Assembly (NCBI GenBank): GCA_963709345.1
Contig: CAVPVX010000007.1
Span: forward strand, 256,001 to 320,000
Reading direction: 5' to 3'
Source: an uncultured Actinomycetes bacterium
Lineage (GTDB): Bacteria; Actinomycetota; Thermoleophilia; UBA2241
DNA: 64,000 nucleotides
A program made the translations under genes and the position numbers. Positions 1 to 9,458 of this stretch are shown here, piece after piece. The notes beneath the pieces are model-generated. The model worked only from the letters and a program-made list of their open reading frames with translations. It had not been told where the DNA came from and did no database searches. Position 1 is the first letter of the stretch, and every line of letters begins with the position of its first letter.

Positions 1-216
1 TAAGATTACTTCACTCCTCTTTTCCGGTCAACGCAGTGCAGGACGGCGCCCCGCGCCGGCGACAGCGGCGCGCACTATCGTGCACCCTGCCGGTGGAGCA
101 ACGTCACCTGCGCAACGCATCGTGAGCCTGTGCGCCCGAGGGGAACACCCGTAGCATCCGTGCTGTGGCGCGCCGGCCGGCCGCCCTCCAGACAACTCCG
201 ACCCGTGGGGGCATCC

Positions 217-1008
217 GTGAACGAATCGACCACGCTCACCAACCGCGAGCGCCGCGAGAACGTGGCGTTCCTCGGGCAGGCGTTCCTCGCCGCCCAGAAG
301 CTGCCGGCCGAGATCCTCGACGCCGAAGCCCGCGACCGCTTCTCGTCGCAGCCCGACGAGCAGAGCCGGCTGTTCTACACACTCCTATGCTACGGGGCGC
401 TGGCGGCCCAGCCGGCGCCCGAGGCGGTCGTCGACGCCGACTGGCGCCGTCTTCTCAGCGCAGGCACGGTGGAAGCGCTGTACTCGGACGAGTTCGACCT
501 CAAGCGCTACGCCCTCGACCCTCCCGTCTCGCGCAACGACAGCAAGGGCAAGATCATCGACTTCATGCGGCTCGCGGAGGCGCGAGAGACCTGGAGCAGG
601 CTGCTGCCGCAGCCGGCCGACCCCGACGTCGCCGTCGACGTCCTCCACGCGGCCTCCGGCGGCGCGCTCAAGTCGCGGGCCTTCTGGGTCGTCCGCGAGA
701 TGCGCCGCTACGGTCTCTGGGACGACGAGGCGCTGGACCGCTTCGCCTGCGTCCCCGACGGGCGGGTGCGCAAGCGCGCCGTGCGCATGGGTCTCATCGA
801 CCTGCCCGAGAAGGCGGATACTTTCGCCGACATGAAGGCGGTCTCCCGCGCGTTGCATGCGGTGATGCGGCTCGGCGAGTCGCCGGACGGGTGCTTCGAC
901 TTGCCGATCGGTATGGCCGACCAGCGCTGCGAGGTGTGCGACGCGGCGCGCATGGCCGCGTGCCCGATGCCGCACTGCCGCTGGCGCCGGGAGCACGCTG
1001 CCGCCTGA
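217..1008 (+). CDS. Hypothetical protein, distantly HhH-GPD/EndoIII-like DNA glycosylase with C-terminal Cys cluster
   Basis: VPDGRVRKRAVRMGLI resembles the PvDxhvxRvxxRlGl motif of HhH-GPD proteins; C-terminal CEVC..CPMPHC; GTG start at 217 chosen over ORF start 130. Confidence 0.5.
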   Translation: MNESTTLTNRERRENVAFLGQAFLAAQKLPAEILDAEARDRFSSQPDEQSRLFYTLLCYGALAAQPAPEAVVDADWRRLLSAGTVEALYSDEFDLKRYALDPPVSRNDSKGKIIDFMRLAEARETWSRLLPQPADPDVAVDVLHAASGGALKSRAFWVVREMRRYGLWDDEALDRFACVPDGRVRKRAVRMGLIDLPEKADTFADMKAVSRALHAVMRLGESPDGCFDLPIGMADQRCEVCDAARMAACPMPHCRWRREHAAA

Positions 1009-1022
1009 GACAGATCGGCGGC

Positions 1023-1068
1023 GATGACACGGCGGGCGAAGGCGGCGGCCCTCGCCCGCCGTGTCATC
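1023..1068. terminator. 17-bp GC-rich hairpin after the first gene
   Basis: gatgacacggcgggcga ... tcgcccgccgtgtcatc perfect inverted repeat. Confidence 0.65.
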
Positions 1069-1186
1069 TACTGGTACTGACCACCCACTTGCGGTGGCTA
1101 CGCCCGATGGGCTCCGAGGCCTCCGCAGGACATAGTACAGATAGCGAGCGCGCACTGCGTTCGCATGAACGGAGAAAGGGGCCGTG

Positions 1187-1330
1187 ATGGGTGCTCGTGA
1201 GTTGCCGGCCCAGGGAGCGGTCGCACGGGTGACCGCGTTCCGCATCGCGCTGGTGATCGGGACCATCGCCCTGGTGGTCGCGATCGTGCGCGGACGACGC
1301 ACGGCGCCGAGTGTGCCGACCGCAGACTGA
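1187..1330 (+). CDS. 47-aa single-TM small membrane protein
   Basis: Purine-rich RBS (gaaagggg); MGARELPAQGAVARVTAFRIALVIGTIALVVAIVRGRRTAPSVPTAD has a hydrophobic helix followed by basic residues; not in ORF track. Confidence 0.45.
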   Translation: MGARELPAQGAVARVTAFRIALVIGTIALVVAIVRGRRTAPSVPTAD

Positions 1331-1384
1331 GAGCTGAAGCGCGCCGTCCGAGCGGGTTCGTGAGCGAGGCTTTGGCGGCGTGGT

Positions 1385-3853
1385 TCAGCGTACCGTGAGG
1401 GCGGTCGCCACCGGGGCGACCTGGCAGTTCCCAGCTCGATCCCGAGCCGTGAACGTGAGCGTGTAGGCGCCGCGGCGCGGCGGCTTCCACACCAAGACGT
1501 TTCGCACCCCCGCCTTCACCCAGCCGAGCGACAAGGTCGCGGTGTCCCGGCCACGGCTGTCGACGACCGCAACGGTGACCCTCACTTTGGGACTGAACGC
1601 ATCGTCGACTCGGTAGGCGATCCTCGCTCTCCCGCCCGAGGCGACACGCGCGGACGCCGGCGCGACGATCCGAGGCTTCGTCAGGTCCACGGTGACCGCC
1701 TCCGTGAGCGACGACGTGCCGACCGCCCCGGCCGCGGTCACGACCAGGTGGTATGCCCCACTGGTCGCCGAGCCACCGCCGTCCAGCGCCCCATCCCACA
1801 CCACCGACCCGCCGCCTGACGGCAGGGTCGCGACAGGGCGGCCCGCGCGAACGACCGAGCAGGTCACTTCAGCCGGACGAGCCAGCTTGAAGCCGAGCGT
1901 CACCGAGTCGTGCCTGCCGTCGCCGTTCGGGGAGAGCGTCTCGCGAGAGAGCGACACGAACCGCAGCGTGCGATCCACCACCACGTAGCGCCGCAGCGTC
2001 GTCGAATTGCCGGCTGGGTCCCGCACCTCGAGGGCGAGCCTCGCTGAGCCCTCGGGGGCCGCGACCAGAGCGCCCCCGTCGCTTATCCGGCCGTCCCAGG
2101 TCACGCGCTGGACGCGCGCGCCCACCGTCGTCCACGACGTGAGCCTGCGCAGTACGGCTCCCGACGACGACAACACGGAGACGCGCGCCGCCGCGGTCTC
2201 GGACGGCTCGAACCGCAGTGTCGTGCGATCGGCGTGGCCGTCGCCGTTCGGGCTGAAGGGGTCAGGCGAGATCCGGACGTTGTCGACGGCGGGCGGCTTC
2301 GTGTCCAACCGCACGACGCCGGTCGCCGGTCGTGCGGTTCCGCTGGGGCCGGTCGCCGTGGCCACAACCGTGTACCGGCCGTCCGGAAGACGTCGACCTC
2401 CGACATCCTTGCCGTCCCAGACAACGTCGGCGAGGGTCCCGTCGCCGGCGACATGCCACACGGTCTCCCCGCCGGCGGCACGGACCTCCAGCCGCCACGA
2501 CACCATCCGCGACACCGTGAAGCCGATCGCCGCGCCGTCGAGCACGCCGTCGCCGTTGGGGCTGATGGCAGGGTGTTCGACGACGAACCCGTAGATCTTG
2601 GGGTGACCTCTGCGGGCCACGACCTGGCGGACGGTAGGCAGCATCGCGTAGAACCGGTTGCCGGGGCAGTCCGTGTGATTGGCGTCGCGGTGCCCGGCGA
2701 TCGCCGGTAGCTTCACTCGCTGGCCGGTCTTGTATTTCTCGCCGGCGCCGCAGACGAGAGTCGCTGTGCTCCGTGGGTCGATGTGATGCACGTCGAGCTT
2801 CCACTCGAGGAGACGCTCGAGCGACGTCAACGCCGACGACGACGGCGTGACGGCGGAGTACGTGCCGATCACGGAGATACCGGTGCTGCCCGTGTTGTAG
2901 CCCAAGGTCTGGGCGCCGATCACGCCTCTCGTGACACCGCCGTACCTGCCCTCGTAGATGACCCCGTACCGATCGATGAGGAAGTTGTAGGCGACGTCGC
3001 TCCAGCCCAGCGCGCGAGTGTGGTAGTGATACACACCGCGCACGATCGCCGGCGCTTGGGAAGCGCTGTAGCTGTTGCCGCTCGCCGTGTGATGGATGAA
3101 GGCCATCTTGACGGGCGCGTAGGAGGGCGAGCCCCTGCGCCACGACTCATTCGCGCCCCATTTGGCGCGGCTCACGATTCGGGGCTTCGCGATCACGGCG
3201 CCGGCCGGAGAGGCCGGGTCGATGGCCGCGACGGCGGCGGCCGCCCGCCTCAGCACGCCGAGAACGGTGGCGGACCGATCCGCGTCCTCGGTGCTGTTGA
3301 TGGCGACCACCTCGACGTCGCGGAGACTGACCGGCGCACCCGGCGCACCGGTCGCGGCGATCTCGACGAACCGGCCGACTCCGGTCCAGATGGGCTCGGT
3401 GAAGGCTTGCTGGACGCCGCCCTCCTCGGCCGCGCGTTCGAGCGCCACCGAATACCAGCGGCTCCACGTTCGGCCGTCCTCGCTCGTGCGGAGATGGACG
3501 GTGACGGCTCCCCTGCGGCCGGGAGGACGACACGTGACGCCGAGCATGGTGAAGCGCATCCCGGCGTCGAGCCGGGACGGAGCGGCGCCTGCGGAAGGGA
3601 CGAGTGTCTGGGTCCTCGCGCCGGCCTCGACCGCCCGCGCCTCTGCGCCGGTCTCCTCGTGCGGCCCGGCGGCGACGACCAGAGGAGTCGGCACCGTGAG
3701 AGACGCGGAGCGCACGGGAGGCGTGCTCACCCAAGCAGCGGCGGCGGCGCTGACGCGGGGCGCCGCCCAGACGGCGCTCAGCGCCCCCATGACGGCCAGC
3801 ACACAGACGGCCGCCACGCGCGCGGCCCTGGTGTGAGGATGAATCCGCGCCAT
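1385..3853 (-). CDS. Secreted N-acetylmuramoyl-L-alanine amidase (PGRP-like) with FlgD/Ig-like C-terminal repeats
   Basis: Signal peptide; SRAKWGA, FIHHTA, GWSDVAYNFLID, GHRD..TDCPG motifs; three SPNGDG..D Ig-like modules; RBS ggag before ATG 3853. Confidence 0.85.
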   Translation of the reverse strand: MARIHPHTRAARVAAVCVLAVMGALSAVWAAPRVSAAAAAWVSTPPVRSASLTVPTPLVVAAGPHEETGAEARAVEAGARTQTLVPSAGAAPSRLDAGMRFTMLGVTCRPPGRRGAVTVHLRTSEDGRTWSRWYSVALERAAEEGGVQQAFTEPIWTGVGRFVEIAATGAPGAPVSLRDVEVVAINSTEDADRSATVLGVLRRAAAAVAAIDPASPAGAVIAKPRIVSRAKWGANESWRRGSPSYAPVKMAFIHHTASGNSYSASQAPAIVRGVYHYHTRALGWSDVAYNFLIDRYGVIYEGRYGGVTRGVIGAQTLGYNTGSTGISVIGTYSAVTPSSSALTSLERLLEWKLDVHHIDPRSTATLVCGAGEKYKTGQRVKLPAIAGHRDANHTDCPGNRFYAMLPTVRQVVARRGHPKIYGFVVEHPAISPNGDGVLDGAAIGFTVSRMVSWRLEVRAAGGETVWHVAGDGTLADVVWDGKDVGGRRLPDGRYTVVATATGPSGTARPATGVVRLDTKPPAVDNVRISPDPFSPNGDGHADRTTLRFEPSETAAARVSVLSSSGAVLRRLTSWTTVGARVQRVTWDGRISDGGALVAAPEGSARLALEVRDPAGNSTTLRRYVVVDRTLRFVSLSRETLSPNGDGRHDSVTLGFKLARPAEVTCSVVRAGRPVATLPSGGGSVVWDGALDGGGSATSGAYHLVVTAAGAVGTSSLTEAVTVDLTKPRIVAPASARVASGGRARIAYRVDDAFSPKVRVTVAVVDSRGRDTATLSLGWVKAGVRNVLVWKPPRRGAYTLTFTARDRAGNCQVAPVATALTVR

Positions 3854-3929
3854 TCCGCTCCCAGCAGACTGCAGTGGCATCAGGGTACCACGGCTCTCGC
3901 GCAGGGCGGCGCTCCCGCCGGCACGCAAC

Positions 3930-3962
3930 GGGCGGCGGGGCGCTCGTCGCGCCCCGCCGCCC
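3930..3962 (-). terminator. Hairpin downstream of radical SAM gene
   Basis: gggcggcggggcgc-tcgtc-gcgccccgccgccc. Confidence 0.6.
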
Positions 3963-3989
3963 GGACACCTTTGACTCGAGGCCGTGCGC

Positions 3990-5372
3990 CTACGTCACCG
4001 GCGCCGACTCCTCGGTCGCTTCGGGAGCCCGCTCACCGTTCATGCAGCTCCAGATGGGATCGTAGAGGCGCTCGACGTCTGAGGAGTACACGTCGAGCTC
4101 AGCCTGCAGATCGGTGATCATGACGTCGCCGCCGGGATGGGTCGGCCGAGCCCCGGTCGCCGCCATGATCTCGCGTGACTGGTGTGGATTGTCGATCCAC
4201 ATACAGGGCATCAGCAGGTTGTGGTTGAACGGCTGACGACTGCGGATCTCCTGGAAGAACGGCGAGTTGAAAGCATCCAGGAGGCTCACGTCACGGACGT
4301 TGTCGGTGGCGAAGTGCGTGAAGATGCATGGCTCCACCCACCCGTCACTGTTGATGTGCATGTAGTGCCTGCCGGCGATACACCCGCTCACCCAGGGCGC
4401 ATCGCCCCAGAAATCGACGGGGAAGAGCGGCTTGGTGTCGCGGATACGATGGATGGCGAGCCGGAACCCGTTACGCTCCTCCGGCGTCAGCATCATGCTC
4501 AGGTCCGGGTGACGCCCCAAGGGCATGTACAGGAAGTTCCAGCTGAGCATGGCTCCCTTGGCGATCAGCGGATCGACGAACTCGTCGCTCATGATGTGCT
4601 GCCAGTTCTTGCGCATCACAGTGCTTGAATAGCCGAAGAGGACACCGGCCTCGCCCAGCTGATCCATGGTCTCCAGGACCTGGTCGTACACGCCGCGCCC
4701 GCGCCGCTGGTCGGTCATCTCGCGATTGCCCTCCAGGCTCAGCATCGGGGCGATGTTCCCGATCTCGGCGAGCCCGTCGATCATGTCTTGATCGAGGAGC
4801 GTGCCGTTCGTGAAGACCTGGAAGTATGCGTCCTTGTTCTCGCGCGCGAAGTCCAGCAACTCGTCCCACATGAAGGGCTCGCCGCCGAGCATCGTGAAGA
4901 GGTAGACGCCCATGTCGTTGCCCTCGTCCACGATCTTCTGCATCAGCCCGCGATCCAGATCCTGATCGGGCGAGTACTCGGCCGCGTAGCACCCCGCACA
5001 GGTGAGATTGCAGCGCATGGTGGGGCTCATGAGGATCGTCGTCGGGGCGTGCATGCCGGTCGAGTCCACGAGCTCTCTGCGCTTTGCGACGCCGCGAAGC
5101 AATGTATTCACAATAAGACATTCGATGAAGCTGTCGCGGCAACGCGGGCTGAGCTTCGAGGTCACGTGTCTGGCGATGAGCAACGCCGGGTGGTCGTCCT
5201 CGACCTTCTCGGTGACGAAACGCACTGAGCCCTTGTACTGTTCCGGGGTGATCTTCTCCGCAAGCTGGAACGCCTTGACGATCTTCGCTTTGTCGTCGCT
5301 GGCGGCCAGCTTGAGCATCTGGTTGATCGCCTGCCTCTGCACGGCCGTATAGAGGCCGTCCGTACGGCTCAT
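3990..5372 (-). CDS. Radical SAM protein with SPASM/twitch-type C-terminal Cys, function unknown
   Basis: CNLTCAGC (CxxxCxxC), GGEPF, TNGTL, GCIAG..HINSDGWVEPC; RBS gggagggg before ATG 5372. Confidence 0.88.
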   Translation of the reverse strand: MSRTDGLYTAVQRQAINQMLKLAASDDKAKIVKAFQLAEKITPEQYKGSVRFVTEKVEDDHPALLIARHVTSKLSPRCRDSFIECLIVNTLLRGVAKRRELVDSTGMHAPTTILMSPTMRCNLTCAGCYAAEYSPDQDLDRGLMQKIVDEGNDMGVYLFTMLGGEPFMWDELLDFARENKDAYFQVFTNGTLLDQDMIDGLAEIGNIAPMLSLEGNREMTDQRRGRGVYDQVLETMDQLGEAGVLFGYSSTVMRKNWQHIMSDEFVDPLIAKGAMLSWNFLYMPLGRHPDLSMMLTPEERNGFRLAIHRIRDTKPLFPVDFWGDAPWVSGCIAGRHYMHINSDGWVEPCIFTHFATDNVRDVSLLDAFNSPFFQEIRSRQPFNHNLLMPCMWIDNPHQSREIMAATGARPTHPGGDVMITDLQAELDVYSSDVERLYDPIWSCMNGERAPEATEESAPVT

Positions 5373-5885
5373 CCATCCCCTCCCTTCTCTCGGGTGTGCG
5401 TGCGCACCGCGGTGCGCACACGCTTGTCGTGCCGGCACACGGCGAGGGAGCGAGCGGACGGCGGCGGTCTCTCGGCCGGGCGCCTCGACGCATCGGCTCT
5501 CCCCCGACGGCCTCCGGACGTCTATGCACCTACTGTATCACTCGTGCGAGAGGGTCTCCGGCCTCCGGCCGTCGCTCTGCGCATGCCGCCAGAGGTTCGC
5601 GCCCGCCCATTGGTTGTCGAAGGCCAGAACGACCACATCGTCACGCGAGAGGGGGTGACGGGCGGCGGCCGTGGCGGCCCCGGAGGACCGGAGAGCCAAC
5701 GCCCGGGACCGCCCCCTTCAGGACCGTGACGCTCACCGCGTCCAGTTGCCGGGCTGGCCGGCCGCGCCAGGTCGCGCTCCACACCGGCGCGGGCGGCCGC
5801 ACTTCGAGTCCCTGATGAGCCTCTCGCGATGCTCGTGCGTCGCCAGACTGGCGACACTTGCTGTGTCAATTCGCCTACCAAGGCC

Positions 5886-5913
5886 TCACCTTCTGCACGC
5901 CGGCTGCCGATAC
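5886..5913 (+). promoter_or_regulatory. Possible sigma-28 (FliA/WhiG)-type promoter
   Basis: GCCGATAC at 5906-5913 matches the GCCGATAA -10 consensus and sits just before the riboswitch 5' end; -35 match (TCAC) is weak. Confidence 0.4.
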
Positions 5914-5921
5914 CCACCTTG

Positions 5922-6000
5922 AACGACAAAGGCAAACCTGTCGCGAGGCAGGGACGCAAAGCCAGAGGTCTTGGATGATCAAGATAGCTCGGTTGCCGAA
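5922..6000 (+). ncRNA. Cyclic di-GMP-I (GEMM-I) riboswitch
   Basis: AAGGCAAACC-TGTC-GCGA-GGCA-GGGACGCAAAGCC...GGTTGCCGAA reproduces the GEMM-I core with a GNRA loop; G at the position equivalent to G20 suggests c-di-GMP rather than cGAMP. Confidence 0.88.
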
Positions 6001-6138
6001 TCCGAACTCCGCACTCGCGGATCTCGCCTTCAGCATCTCGCGCGAGGCCAGCGTCCTCCTCCCGACCGGAGCGCCGTCCAGCAACGTCCGCCGGCCTTGA
6101 GCAAGTCGGCAGGCCCAAGGAGCACTGGTGTGGAGGCG

Positions 6139-7886
6139 ATGAAGATGAGACCAAGGTATTTCGTTCTCGCCGTAGCGCTGCTCTGCCTCCTGGTCTTGCC
6201 CGGCACGGCACTGGCCAAGGCCAAGAGCGACGACGACAAGATCGACCAGAGCGTCACGACAGTCCTCAAAGCCACGGGCGGTGATGACGCCGTGCCCGTC
6301 GTGGTGTACACGGAGCCCGATGAGGCGACGGTCGTAGCTGCTGCCGTGCCCGACGTCGTCGAGACCACGGAGATCCCGGCCTTCGATGCCGTCGCCGCTT
6401 ACCTGCTGCCCGACGAGATCGACGCGCTCTCCCTTGACGATTCCGTCCTCATGATCGTCGCCGACAACCCAGTCTTCGGCTTCGACTACGCCAGCTCGCT
6501 CGACATCACCAATCTCGCGATCGGGCTGGATGCAGTCGCATCACCGGCCGAGGGCGGCCCGGACGGCAGCGGCGTGGGCGTCGCCGTCATCGACAGTGGC
6601 ATCACGACGACGTCCGACCTGGGCGACAGCCGCATCGTCGGCTGGAAGGACTTCGTCGACAAGAGAAGGCGGCCGTACGACGACGCCGGACACGGGACCT
6701 TCGTGGCCGGCCTCATCGCCGGAGACGGCACCGCCTCGCTCCCGCTCGACCAGGGCGGCTACGCGACGATGCAGTTCCGCGGCGTCGCCCCGGCGGCCAA
6801 CATCATCGGCGTCAAGGTCCTGGACAGCAACGGCAGCGGGTCGCGCATCCGCGGTCATGTCGGCCATCGTCTGGACGGTCGCCCACAGGAACGCCTACAA
6901 CATCCGCGTGATGAACCTGTCGCTCGGGGCCAACCCGGTCGCCCCCGTGGAGTTCGACCCCATCGCGCGGGCCGTGGAGTTCGCCTGGAAGCACGGCGTG
7001 ACGGTCGTCTGCGCCGCCGGCAACGAGGGCGAGTTCGGCCCCGGCGGGATCCTGTCTCCGGGCAACAGCCCCTACGTCCTGACGGTCGGCGCCAGCGATA
7101 CCCGCCAGACGGCAACGCTCGACGACGACGCCGTCACCTACTACAGCTCGGTCGGGCCGACGCTCTTCGACGAGTTCGCCAAGCCCGACGTCGTGGCGCC
7201 GGGTAACCGGCTCATCTCGACGAGGGTGCCGGGCTCGTACATCGACGTCAACTACCCGCAGAACCTGATCCCGGTGGGAAGCTACGCGCCCACGGCGCCG
7301 GCAGACACTGAAGCCGAGCTATCTGATGCTGTCCGGCACCAGCACGTCCGCGCCGGTCACAGCCGGCGCAGCGGCGCTGATGCTCGGCGCCGACCCAAGC
7401 CTGACCCCCGACGACGTCAAGCTGCGCCTCATGGCCACGGCCGACCCCCTGCCCGGAGCGACCCGCCACCAGCAAGGCGCAGGCCTGATCGACGTCGACG
7501 AGGCTCTGGCCGACACCTCGAGGTCCGAAGGGTATGCTCTCTCTGAAGACCTCGGTGACGGCACGACGATACTCAGCAAGAACGTCTATGCCGCCTGGGA
7601 CACGACGGCATGGAAGAAGTACGGATGGACGAAGTTCCGCTGGACGAAGTTCCGCTGGACGAAGTTCCGCTGGGTGAAGTTCCGCTGGACGGACACCGAA
7701 GTGGAAGCGACGAAGTTCCGGTGGGTGAAGTTCCGCTGGACGGACGTGGGAGCGACGAAGTTCCGCTGGACAGACGTGGGATGGACCAAGTTCCGGTGGA
7801 CGTCCGACTACCAGGCGACCAAGTTCCGGTGGACGGAGTACGACTGGACCAAGTTCAGATGGACGATCCTCATCGAAGGACAGTGA
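6139..7886 (+). CDS. Secreted S8 subtilisin-like serine protease with C-terminal KFRW repeats; two +1 frameshifts (~6840, ~7311)
   Basis: Signal peptide MKMRPRYFVLAVALLCLLVLPGTALA; VAVIDSG and HGTFVAG in frame 1, AAGNEG and KPDVVAPG in frame 2, SGTSTSAP in frame 3; removing one base at each junction gives a continuous 581-aa protein. Confidence 0.85.
7626..7862 (+). repeat. Ten coding repeats of [T/V]KFRW (15-bp core acgaagttccgctgg)
   Basis: Directly visible tandem and spaced repeats with synonymous variation. Confidence 0.95.
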
Positions 7887-9415
7887 CCCTGGACTCAGCT
7901 GAAGTCATCGACGGTAACGAGACGGCCGTGCGGAAACGCACGGCCGTCTCGCTCTACGTGGGCCTCGTCTGCCTCGCGGCCGCAGCCGTCTCAGCGGCAG
8001 CCGGCTTGAGCGAGCCCGCGCCGTTCACGCTCAACATCGTGGCGTTCATGATCCTCGCCACGCTCACCGACCTCCGAGAGATCAAGCTGCCGCTGGTCGG
8101 CGATGTGACTCTGTCGTTCGTGCCGGTGCTCGCCGCCCTCGTCGCCCTCGGGCTGTGGCCGGCGATGGCGGTCGCGGCCGTCAGCGGCGTGACCGCCGCC
8201 TGGGTGACGCGCGACCCGCTCAAGATCGCCTTCAACATCGGGAACTACGTGATCTCCACCTATCTGGCCGGCCTCCTGTATCTGGCGTTGGCGCCCGAAG
8301 GCGGCGACTTCATGACCAAGGTCCTCCCCACCTTCGGAGCGACGATCGTGGACTTCGCCGTCCACACGGCGCTCCTCGCCGGCGTGATCGCCCTCTCGAC
8401 GCAGGACCACGCCGTCAAGGTGTGGCGCACCAACTACCAGTGGGCGCTGCCGGGGTATCTCGCCGGCTCGACGCTGGCCCTGCTCGTAGCGGCCCTCTAT
8501 CTCTGGCTCGGGGTGCCGGGGATGCTGCTCGGGATCCCGCCGCTCTATCTCATCTACTACTCGTACGACATCTACGTGAAACGGGCCCGGGAGCGCCAGA
8601 CATTCGACGCCGAGCGAGACGACTTCCACGAGGAGCTCGCCGCTTCGGTGCACCTGCACGACGAGCTGCGCACGACGCAGCTGAAGGTGGCCGCCGAGAT
8701 CGAGCGCGCCCGCCGTATCCAGACCGACCTCCTCCCCACCGGCACGCCCGACATCGAAGGCCTGGAACTCGACCAACGGATCGAGTTCCTCGGCGAGATG
8801 GGGGGCGACTACTACGACTACATCCCCTTCGGCGACGGCCGTCTCGCGATCGTGTGCGGCGACGTCATGGGCAAGGGCCTCGCCGCCGCCCTGATCATGG
8901 CCATGGCGCGCTCGCTGCTGCACAACGCAATTGCTCCCGACAAGAGCCCGGGCGAGATCATGGCCGAGGTGAACGACGGCCTTGCACGCGACCTCGAGGG
9001 CCAGCGCCTGCCGTACTTCCTGACGCTGGCCATCGCGGCGTACGACCCCGCCGGCCACAGCCTCGTGGTCGCCGGCGGGGGGCACAACCCGGTCCTGATC
9101 GCCGACGCCGACGGGATCCGACAGGTGCCGTCTCAGGGGGCCGCCCTCGGCGTGCGCACGGGACTCAGCTACCCTGAGGACGACATCGCCCTCGGCACGG
9201 GAGCCACGGTCGCCCTGTACACCGACGGACTGACCGAGGCGCGCAATGCCGCCGGCGAACTGTACGGCCCGGAGCGGCTCGAGGCGTCGCTCGAACGGTG
9301 TCGGACGCGGCCCGTTCGTGACACACTTGAAGACATGTGGAGCGACGTCGCCGCGTTCCGCGGCGAGAGGGTAGCAACGGACGACGCGACGCTCCTGCTC
9401 GCGCGCTTCGTTTGA
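7883..9415 (+). CDS. Membrane-sensor PP2C/SpoIIE (RsbU-like) Ser/Thr phosphatase
   Basis: About 7 N-terminal TM helices with KIAFN motif (MASE9-like), coiled coil, then ARRIQ..LLP, GGDYYD, GDVMGKG, YTDGL, DDAT; GTG overlaps the protease stop (GTGA). Confidence 0.9.
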   Translation: MTLDSAEVIDGNETAVRKRTAVSLYVGLVCLAAAAVSAAAGLSEPAPFTLNIVAFMILATLTDLREIKLPLVGDVTLSFVPVLAALVALGLWPAMAVAAVSGVTAAWVTRDPLKIAFNIGNYVISTYLAGLLYLALAPEGGDFMTKVLPTFGATIVDFAVHTALLAGVIALSTQDHAVKVWRTNYQWALPGYLAGSTLALLVAALYLWLGVPGMLLGIPPLYLIYYSYDIYVKRARERQTFDAERDDFHEELAASVHLHDELRTTQLKVAAEIERARRIQTDLLPTGTPDIEGLELDQRIEFLGEMGGDYYDYIPFGDGRLAIVCGDVMGKGLAAALIMAMARSLLHNAIAPDKSPGEIMAEVNDGLARDLEGQRLPYFLTLAIAAYDPAGHSLVVAGGGHNPVLIADADGIRQVPSQGAALGVRTGLSYPEDDIALGTGATVALYTDGLTEARNAAGELYGPERLEASLERCRTRPVRDTLEDMWSDVAAFRGERVATDDATLLLARFV

Positions 9416-9458
9416 GGCGGCGGGACCGCTGAGCACCGAACGACAGGGGTCGCGGCAG

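Noticed and set aside
5808-5850. CTGATGAG hammerhead ribozyme core
   Set aside because: No downstream GAAA or compatible stems
7626-7862. CRISPR-like array, or mimicry of the melanocortin HFRW motif
   Set aside because: Units are 15 bp, in frame and coding, with no unique spacers or cas genes; a 3-of-4 residue match to HFRW is likely coincidence
7610-7882. DEVPL-repeat N-terminal extension of the PP2C ORF in the ORF track
   Set aside because: Shadow frame of the KFRW repeats: base changes are synonymous for KFRW but change DEVPL to DQVPV/DQVQM; the GTG at 7883 overlapping the protease stop is the better start
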